Below are positions 56,992-64,000 of a DNA stretch of 64,000 bases, in pieces; positions within the stretch are counted from its first letter, which is position 1, and each line of letters starts with the position of its first letter. The position numbers and the translations under genes were made by a program. This DNA is from Bacteriovoracia bacterium (lineage in GTDB: Bacteria > Bdellovibrionota > UBA1018 > CAIPTA01), in the NCBI GenBank assembly GCA_050246755.1, contig JBFWVL010000001.1:992001-1056000 (forward strand), read 5' to 3'. Under the pieces are notes generated by a model. That model was not told the DNA's origin. It searched no databases and worked only from the letters and a program-made list of their open reading frames with translations.

Positions 56992-57992
56992 CCTTTCGCT
57001 ACCTCTACGCCCTGCTTCTCATCTTCCCGATTGCGCTGCTGCTCTTCGTGGCCCTGCGCCATCCCGCTTCGCGCGCGGTCCTGCAGTTCCCCACCGCACA
57101 CCGCCGGTTGAAGCTTGCGCTTGGGCAGCTGCTGCTTCCCATCTGGTTTCCTTTCTTTCTGCGCCTTTTGGGCATTCTCTTCCTGCTAATCGCGCTTGCG
57201 CGGCCCCAGACCTCCACCTCGCACCAAAGGCGCATATCCGAGGGAATCGACGTAATGGTGGCCCTCGACGTGTCGCAGAGCATGACCATTGAAGACGTAG
57301 GTGAGGACGATAAGAATCGTCTCGACCTCGCCAAAGAAACCGTGAAGAAGTTTATCGCCGGCCGGAAAGACGATCGAATCGGTTTTTTGGTATTTTCCGG
57401 AGAGGCAATCACTCTTTGCCCTCCTACCCTAGACTACGACTATCTTCTTTCTTCGGTGGCCCAAGCCGACGTGAACCAGTTAAAGGACGGCACCGCGATC
57501 GGGGATGCAATGGCCACCTCCGTGAACCGCCTCAAAGACAGCGCGGCGAAGTCGCGCGTGGTCATTCTGATCACCGATGGCGACAATAATATGGGCTCAA
57601 TCGCGCCACTCACTGCGGGCGAGATCGCCGTTGGGTACGGAATTAAAATCTATGCCATTGCCCTCGGTAAAGAAGGTCTCGTCAGCTATCCCGACTACGT
57701 GACCTTCTTCGGCGTAACCAAGAAAATTCATCGCCAGACCAATAGCACCATTAACCCCACCCTGCTTATGAAGATCGCCGAGGAAACGGGGGGGAAGTTT
57801 TTCCGTGCCGACGACAGCGACTCCATGCAACGCGTGTTCGACGAGATCAATAAGCTGGAGCGTAATCAGGTGGAAACGAAGGATCGCGTGATCTGGGAAG
57901 AACATTTTCAGAAATTTCTCGTGATTGCGTTCGCCCTTCTGCTTTTAGATCTCCTTATTAGGGCCACGATTTTTCGGATCTTGCCGGAGTAA
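56988..57992 (+). CDS. batA: BatA-type VWA protein
   Basis: ALARPQ, DVSQSM MIDAS, DRIG, GTAIGDA, ITDGDNN. Confidence 0.9.
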   Translation: MTFRYLYALLLIFPIALLLFVALRHPASRAVLQFPTAHRRLKLALGQLLLPIWFPFFLRLLGILFLLIALARPQTSTSHQRRISEGIDVMVALDVSQSMTIEDVGEDDKNRLDLAKETVKKFIAGRKDDRIGFLVFSGEAITLCPPTLDYDYLLSSVAQADVNQLKDGTAIGDAMATSVNRLKDSAAKSRVVILITDGDNNMGSIAPLTAGEIAVGYGIKIYAIALGKEGLVSYPDYVTFFGVTKKIHRQTNSTINPTLLMKIAEETGGKFFRADDSDSMQRVFDEINKLERNQVETKDRVIWEEHFQKFLVIAFALLLLDLLIRATIFRILPE

Positions 57993-59980
57993 TGATGGAC
58001 GATTTTCGTTTCGCCAATCCGAAGTACCTCTTGCTCCTCTTGGGGCTCGCGGTAGTTTATCTACTGCTCCAACGCCTGCGCAGCGCGGGCCGACAACGCT
58101 TGCTGCGTTTCGTGGCGGAAGAAAATTTGAAACACCTGTTGGTATCTACCGGCTCTATTCGCGAAAGCGGCAAGCGCTTCGCGTTATGGCTTGGGCTGGC
58201 CTTCATGGTGCTGGCCTTAGCGCGGCCGCAGGCCAACCCCACTATGGAAGACGTGGAGGGAATGAGCTTAGATATTTACGTGCTGCTGGACGTTTCGCGC
58301 AGCATGGACGCCGAAGATATCGCTCCCAGCCGCCTAAGAAAAGCGAAGCGATCAGTGCAGCACTTAATGGAGCTGCTCTCGGGCGACAGACTCGGCGTTA
58401 TCGGCTTCGCCGGTTCTTCGGCTCTCCTGGTTCCACTCACCTCCGACTATGAAATCGTGCGTAGCGTTCTGCAGAACGTGGACACTTCGGTCATTCCCAC
58501 GCAAGGGACCGATATTGGCGGTGCCTTGGAACTAGCCAAGAGTGCGATGGAACGTGGAGCACAGGTAGTGGGTACCAATGGAGGAGCCAGGACGAATATC
58601 TTCCTTATTCTTAGCGATGGCGAAGACCACGGTGAGAAGAATCTAGCGGTGGCCGATTCTATCCGCAACGAGGGCGGTATCATTTTTAGCATCGCTTACG
58701 GAACGGAAAAAGGGGTTCCTATTCCGGTTCGTAATGATCGCGGTGAACTGATGGGATACAAGCGTGACGGAAAGGGCAATACCGTAATTTCTACGGTTCA
58801 ACCCAAGGCACTAAGCGAAGTCGCGCAGCGGGGAGGCGGCCAGTTTTACCACTCCACCCTGGAAGAACAGGAAATTGAAGACATTCTGGCACGCGTGCAA
58901 ACCGCGCAGCGTTCCGGCGCCATCACCACCAAGGCCCGGATCTACGAAGAGCTATACGGCTATTTGCTGCTGATTTCCCTGGCCTGCCTGCTTTATTCTT
59001 TTGTTTCCGTCCGCTCCCTTTGGCAAAAAAGCGGGGCGCGCTGGAGCCGGCTCGCCTTACTGCCCCTTCTCCTTCTACCCACCCACGCAAACGCCAATCC
59101 GCTCTCTTTTCTTTGGAATAAAGAAAAACGTATAGGGGTGCAAAGCCAAGAGCTGAGCCAAGAAGGCAAGCCGGAGGCAGCGGCCGATCAATTAAAGGTG
59201 CTCCAGGCAGAAAACCCTGACTCTTCCGCCGTGAACTATAATCTCGGAACCTATTTGCTCGAGGCTAAAAAACTCGAGGAAGGAAGAGAGCAGCTTGGGC
59301 GCGTGGCAAAAGACAAAAACTATTTTCAAGCGGAAGCGCTCTATAACTTGGCCGGTTCCTATATGCTGGAGAAAAAAAGGCCTCAAGCCATCGCCAGTTA
59401 TGCCGACTTGATCCGCCGCCTCGAACAGAAAAAACCGTTAATCGAAAAAGAGAAAGAAATTCTAAAAAAAGCGCGCGAAAGTTTTGCGCACCTCTCCCAA
59501 GAGGAACAAAAAAATCCTCAGCAACAACAGGGCCAGGACCAACAGAAACAGCAAGGGCAAGACGGAAACCAGGACAAAAAAGATCAGCAGCAGCAGCAAC
59601 AAGGCAAGGGCGGAGAAGGCGATAAAAAGGAAGATTCCAAGGGCGATGGAAAAGAGAAAAAAGACGAAAAGAAAGACGGAGAAGACAAGAAACAGGAAAA
59701 AGAAAATAAGCCCGGCGAAGGCAAAGACGAGAAAAAAGACGAATCGCAGAAAAACGAGCCCTCGTCCCAGGACGGCCAGCAAGGAAAAGATAAACAGCAA
59801 AATATACCGCCGCGGCGTGGTGGAACACCCTTTCGCGAGCGCGACAATATAAGCGAATCCGACGCGAAACGCATTTTAGAATCCCTCAAGCAGCAAGAGG
59901 GAGAACTGCAAAAGAAATTCTTAAAAAAGAACGGTAAGAATAGTAAGGTTGTCGACGATGGTAGCGGCCAAGACTGGTAA
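57992..59980 (+). CDS. batB: BatB VWA fused to a BatC-like TPR region and Q/K/E/D-rich linker
   Basis: DVSRSM, PSRL, SDGEDH; YNLG TPRs; poly-Q/charged linker; terminal DW. Confidence 0.85.
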   Translation: MMDDFRFANPKYLLLLLGLAVVYLLLQRLRSAGRQRLLRFVAEENLKHLLVSTGSIRESGKRFALWLGLAFMVLALARPQANPTMEDVEGMSLDIYVLLDVSRSMDAEDIAPSRLRKAKRSVQHLMELLSGDRLGVIGFAGSSALLVPLTSDYEIVRSVLQNVDTSVIPTQGTDIGGALELAKSAMERGAQVVGTNGGARTNIFLILSDGEDHGEKNLAVADSIRNEGGIIFSIAYGTEKGVPIPVRNDRGELMGYKRDGKGNTVISTVQPKALSEVAQRGGGQFYHSTLEEQEIEDILARVQTAQRSGAITTKARIYEELYGYLLLISLACLLYSFVSVRSLWQKSGARWSRLALLPLLLLPTHANANPLSFLWNKEKRIGVQSQELSQEGKPEAAADQLKVLQAENPDSSAVNYNLGTYLLEAKKLEEGREQLGRVAKDKNYFQAEALYNLAGSYMLEKKRPQAIASYADLIRRLEQKKPLIEKEKEILKKARESFAHLSQEEQKNPQQQQGQDQQKQQGQDGNQDKKDQQQQQQGKGGEGDKKEDSKGDGKEKKDEKKDGEDKKQEKENKPGEGKDEKKDESQKNEPSSQDGQQGKDKQQNIPPRRGGTPFRERDNISESDAKRILESLKQQEGELQKKFLKKNGKNSKVVDDGSGQDW

Positions 59981-61907
59981 AATTTTTAGCCTTGGGCTTG
60001 CGGCAACTGCCGCTGCCATAATTTTTCCGGCAATGGCTTTTGCCCAGGCCAAACTCGTGGCGGTGGTTACGCCCAACCCGGTCTCGGAAGCCGAAAGCAT
60101 TCAGCTTCGCCTCGAGGTTTCTAATCCCGATGGACCCGTGTTTCAGCCGACCTTTGAAGCGCCTGACTTCACCATGATGGGAGCGAGTTCCGCGGGAACG
60201 AGCGGACGCGTGGAAATGCAGAACGGCCGCCAAGTATTAGTTCGCAACTTCCAGTTCTCCTTCGTGCTCATGCCAAAAAAAGCCGGAGTGGCAACCATTC
60301 AGAACATTCAGGTTCGCGCTGGATCCGACACGCTCAAATCGGAAGACATTCGCGTTAAGGTACTGCCCGATACGGGCTCCGGGCGCAGCAACCGAGGAGG
60401 AAATCCAGCGGCCCCCAATATTTTTCCTCAGCTTCTGCTGGACGATGAAGACGAAGATCCGAACCCCGCGGCCCCTCCCTCCAGCGGCTCTGGAGCGGGC
60501 GCGATAACGGGAAAGGTGGCCAATGGCCTGCCTAAGTTCAATAGCGACTTCACCGTGGTGGCCCTGGTGAATAAGCAAAAAGTATACGTGGGCGAGCCCG
60601 TGGTGGCGGAATACTATATCTACGATTTTGGCGGCGTTCGTTCTTGTTGCGAAATTCAAAAATGGCCCACTTTCACCGGATTCGTGAAAGACGATCTGGA
60701 AATTGCCAGCCGCTTTGAGTTCGAAGACGTCTACGTCGGAAATCAATTGATGCGCCGGGCATTCATTGGCCGATTTGCGCTGTATTCCCTGAAACCGGGA
60801 AAGTTCTCGCTCGATAAAATGCAGGTAAAAGCCAAATATTTAGGCGATGACAGCATGGGGTCCAATATCTTCCAGGTATTCGATCTCCGCTCCGGCATGC
60901 ATGCGAGCCAAGATGTGATGCTCGAAGTAGCGCCTCTTCCCGAAACCGGCCGGCCGGCAAATTTCGGCGGGGCCGTTGGTCAGTTTTCGGTAAAGCTCAC
61001 CGCCGACAAGCAAACTCTTCCGCAAAATACCCCTCTAACTTTGAATCTAACATTTCAAGGGAATGGAAATTTTCAGGCCATCGATGCGATAAAGCTCCCC
61101 CTTCCACCCGACTTCGAACTCTACGAAAGCAATACCAACACCCGCGGCTCAGCGCCCATCGGCGTGCGGCGCGAATTAGAATCTCAAAAGAATTTTCAGA
61201 CAGTAGCGATTCCCCGCAAAGCTGGAAAATTTGAAATTCCGGCCATTAGCTGGTCTTATTTCAATCCCAAAAAATCGGCTTACGAAACCATTACTACTCA
61301 GCCTATTTCTTTAGAGGTGACAGAGAACGCAAACAATAACGTGAATCAGAATTCCTACGTTACCCCCTCCACGCCCGGCGGCTCTTCCCCGAATACCGAA
61401 AATGAATTTCGCCTACTGAAAAAAGTAACTCTCGGCGCAAAGGAAAATGGCGGTAAAATTCTTTCTTTCACTTTACTTGGTTTGATCTTGGCCAATATTG
61501 GGCTAGCCGCCCGCCTAATTCGCAATAAGCTAGCCCTTTTCGACCGGCTGTATCGAAATATTGATCCGTTCGCAGCGGTACGAAGCGATTTGTCGGCGGC
61601 CCGCCGTGCCCCCGGATCCAATTGGCAAACGAACCTCGAGGACGCTCTCTACGGAATACAAAACGTACTTTTGGGCATGAACACACGCGGACTCACGCGC
61701 TATGAGCTAGAGGAAGCTTGGCAAAGCAGAAATTTACCGATGCCGCTTTACCAGCGCATTCAAACCATTCTGCAAGAATTAGATAAATCCCGCTTCAGCT
61801 CCACAAAGCAAGCTTCGTTCAATCCTGCCGGCTTCCGCGATAAATCTCAGAACGAGGCGGAAGCGATATTGAAAGAAGCCGGCCGCAAGGCACGAAAGCC
61901 GAAATAG
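59958..61907 (+). CDS. batD: BatD family protein
   Basis: Signal peptide, KVYVGEP, PLP..RPANFGGAVGQF, GNGN, SYFNP; C-terminal TM. Confidence 0.88.
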   Translation: MVAAKTGKIFSLGLAATAAAIIFPAMAFAQAKLVAVVTPNPVSEAESIQLRLEVSNPDGPVFQPTFEAPDFTMMGASSAGTSGRVEMQNGRQVLVRNFQFSFVLMPKKAGVATIQNIQVRAGSDTLKSEDIRVKVLPDTGSGRSNRGGNPAAPNIFPQLLLDDEDEDPNPAAPPSSGSGAGAITGKVANGLPKFNSDFTVVALVNKQKVYVGEPVVAEYYIYDFGGVRSCCEIQKWPTFTGFVKDDLEIASRFEFEDVYVGNQLMRRAFIGRFALYSLKPGKFSLDKMQVKAKYLGDDSMGSNIFQVFDLRSGMHASQDVMLEVAPLPETGRPANFGGAVGQFSVKLTADKQTLPQNTPLTLNLTFQGNGNFQAIDAIKLPLPPDFELYESNTNTRGSAPIGVRRELESQKNFQTVAIPRKAGKFEIPAISWSYFNPKKSAYETITTQPISLEVTENANNNVNQNSYVTPSTPGGSSPNTENEFRLLKKVTLGAKENGGKILSFTLLGLILANIGLAARLIRNKLALFDRLYRNIDPFAAVRSDLSAARRAPGSNWQTNLEDALYGIQNVLLGMNTRGLTRYELEEAWQSRNLPMPLYQRIQTILQELDKSRFSSTKQASFNPAGFRDKSQNEAEAILKEAGRKARKPK

Positions 61908-63032
61908 TTATTTCTTATAGAAGTGGGTAATCTGTTCCACTACCCGCTGCGTATGGGCAAGAGGCATTTCAGGATAGATCGGCAGCGATAGCACTTCTTT
62001 TTCTAGGGCCTCGCATACTGGCAAGGAGCAAGGTCCCTTCAAAAAGAACTGAAATGCCTGCTGGCGATGCATTGCGAGTGGATAATAAATTTCTGCCCCC
62101 ACGCCCTGTTCGCCCAAAAATGTCTTAAGCTCATCGCGGCGCTGAGCCCGGATCGTAAATTGATTCCACACATGCTTACGATTCGGCCCCATCACCGGCA
62201 AGCGTACCGCTTCCAGCCGCGCGGCCTGAAAGAGCTGCGTATAGGAGGAAGCGATCGCCTCGCGCTTTCTTTCGTATTCCGCGAGGTGGCGCAATTTAAT
62301 TCTCAATACTGCCGCCTGAATGGAATCAAGACGGGAATTCACGCCCACCAATTCGTGATAATAGCGCTGCTTCGACCCATGCACGCGAACCATGCGAACC
62401 TTTTGGGCATCGGTCTCCGTTAAGGCAGAAACGAGACCGGCATCGCCGATCGCACCAAGATTTTTGGTGGGATAAAAGCTAAACGCGCCATAGTCTCCCC
62501 AGGCGCCACATTGCTTTCCTTTAAAAGACGCGCCAATACTCTGCGCACAGTCTTCGATCACAGTAATTTTCCGCCCGGATTTTTTTATTACGGTGGTGAG
62601 CGCCTCCATGTCCACCATTTGCCCGAAGAGGTGAACCGGGATGACAGCCTTGGTGCGAGGTGTGATTTTTTTTGCGAGATCTTCGAGCGAAATATTGTAG
62701 GTATCGTCACTATCCACGAACACGGGCGTGGCACCAAGTCGCGCCACGGCGCCGGCGGTTGCGTAGAACGTAAATGATGGAACGAGCACTTCATCGCCCG
62801 GGCCGATATTTTCGCACATGAGAGGAAGCAAGAGAGCGTCGGAGCCGGAAGCGCAGGCAATTGCCCGAGGAATGCCGGTATAGGCCGCAATTTCATCTTC
62901 GAGTGCTTTTACTTCGGGGCCAAGGATAAAAGCGGAGCTATCCAGCAGCTGGCTAAGGGCATTTAGAATTTCCTCCTTCAACGGCTTATTTTGTGCGCCT
63001 ACATCGAGCAGGGGAACCTTAGACGTGCTCAT
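61908..63032 (-). CDS. DegT/DnrJ/EryC1/StrS family sugar aminotransferase (WbpE-like)
   Basis: SGSDAL, PVHLFGQ, EDCAQS, SFYPTKNLG, NSRLD. Confidence 0.93.
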   Translation of the reverse strand: MSTSKVPLLDVGAQNKPLKEEILNALSQLLDSSAFILGPEVKALEDEIAAYTGIPRAIACASGSDALLLPLMCENIGPGDEVLVPSFTFYATAGAVARLGATPVFVDSDDTYNISLEDLAKKITPRTKAVIPVHLFGQMVDMEALTTVIKKSGRKITVIEDCAQSIGASFKGKQCGAWGDYGAFSFYPTKNLGAIGDAGLVSALTETDAQKVRMVRVHGSKQRYYHELVGVNSRLDSIQAAVLRIKLRHLAEYERKREAIASSYTQLFQAARLEAVRLPVMGPNRKHVWNQFTIRAQRRDELKTFLGEQGVGAEIYYPLAMHRQQAFQFFLKGPCSLPVCEALEKEVLSLPIYPEMPLAHTQRVVEQITHFYKK

Positions 63033-63036
63033 GGCA

Positions 63037-64000
63037 TTATCCTCGTAAAAAATTTTGGTAGCTTTGAATCTGTTTCTTCGTAAGGGCCGCAGCAGAAGCC
63101 GGATCTTTCAAGAAATCTCGGTACCATTCGGTGGTCCAAGCGGCGGTGGTAGAAAAATCCAGGAAAGGCTTCCAACGCAGAACTTTGGTGGCCTTTTCGC
63201 AGTTGAGGCGCAGCATGCGCATTTCTTTTTTCTGCCCAGCATCTTTCGCCGCCTCAATCTTATGGCTGGCGCCACTCCACTGCTTCTCGAGAGCGCTCAC
63301 TAGCACCCCTGCCGGCTGCTCCAGCTCTTCATTTGGCCCAAAGTTAAAGGCTTCTCCATGCACGCCAGCAGGATTTTCCAGCAGCCGCTGACCGAGTAGT
63401 AAATATCCACCAAGCGGCTCCAGCACGTGCTGCCAGGGGCGCACGTAAGTAGGATTACGCAAAACTACGCTTTGCTTTTTTTCCCACGCACGAATGCAGT
63501 CGGGGACTAAACGATCCGCAGCCCAGTCTCCGCCGCCAATCACGTTGCCGGCCCGAGCGGTACAGGCGCGAATGCCGCCTTCCACAGTAAAAAAAGAGCG
63601 GATATAAGAAGAGGAAACGATTTCCGCGGCCGCCTTCGAGGCCGAGTAAGGATCATGTCCGCCGAGGTGATCGGATTCGCGGTAACCCTCATCTTGCTCT
63701 TTATTTTCATAAACCTTATCGGTGGTAATCACAACCACCGCGCGCACGCTGGGAGTCCTGCGCGCGGCCTCCAGCACGTGAGCCGTGCCCATTACGTTCT
63801 CAGCAAAAGTTTCAATCGGTTGCTCATAAGAGGCACGCACCAATGGCTGCGCCGCTAAATGAAACACAATTTCTGGCTTCGTTTCGCTCATCGCCTTAAC
63901 TACGGCGGGGAGGTCGCGAATATCGCCGCGCAAATCACGCAGGCGCTTCGCCAAACCGATTGCTTCAAAATGCGACGGCTCGGTGGGGATCTCTTTTGAA
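63037..64000 (-). CDS. rfbG: CDP-glucose 4,6-dehydratase (5' end beyond the window)
   Basis: FHLAAQPLVR, TTDKVY, DPYSASK, RAGNVIGGGDW, RPWQHVLEPL; frame stays open to the window edge. Confidence 0.95.
   Translation of the reverse strand, partial: SKEIPTEPSHFEAIGLAKRLRDLRGDIRDLPAVVKAMSETKPEIVFHLAAQPLVRASYEQPIETFAENVMGTAHVLEAARRTPSVRAVVVITTDKVYENKEQDEGYRESDHLGGHDPYSASKAAAEIVSSSYIRSFFTVEGGIRACTARAGNVIGGGDWAADRLVPDCIRAWEKKQSVVLRNPTYVRPWQHVLEPLGGYLLLGQRLLENPAGVHGEAFNFGPNEELEQPAGVLVSALEKQWSGASHKIEAAKDAGQKKEMRMLRLNCEKATKVLRWKPFLDFSTTAAWTTEWYRDFLKDPASAAALTKKQIQSYQNFLRG

Noticed and set aside
59500-59800. Repetitive CAG/AAA/GAA-rich stretch as a tandem repeat or array
   Set aside because: Encodes the ordinary Q/K/E/D linker of BatC-like proteins; no fixed nucleotide period.

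Overview
About 51% GC bacterial chromosome segment, most consistent with a Bdellovibrionota/Myxococcota-related (former delta-proteobacterial) organism; this is inferred from protein types and not verified. Roughly 42 kb (3904-45714) is continuous minus-strand housekeeping sequence: ntrYX-proS-pyrF-rlmB, the Thr-Tyr-Gly-Thr tRNA/tuf operon, tRNA-Trp-secE-nusG-rplKAJL-rpoBC, then the str, S10, spc and alpha operons. Left of this are queA-tgt-yajC-recJ and an orphan TadA/CpaF ATPase. To the right are an RNase E/G, several secreted or lipoprotein hypotheticals, maf-yggS-rluA, rimI-rluA, a MoxR/Bat cluster and the distal end of a nucleotide-sugar cluster (rfbG, DegT). No CRISPR array, rRNA, integrase or transposase was seen. 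Main oddities: (1) a 1.5-kb single-gene GT-C-like cassette flanked by 10-bp direct repeats, inside the tRNA operon just after tRNA-Gly, with a perfect 17-bp inverted repeat that includes the tRNA's CCA end; (2) rplX (uL24) is absent from the spc operon; (3) the str-operon EF-G has degenerate domain IV translocation loops and sits behind an intrinsic terminator; (4) a complete UAS-IHF-sigma54 promoter layout precedes an unknown secreted protein; (5) there is no L10 leader, the L1 operator lies before rplA, and a candidate structured RNA lies before secE.
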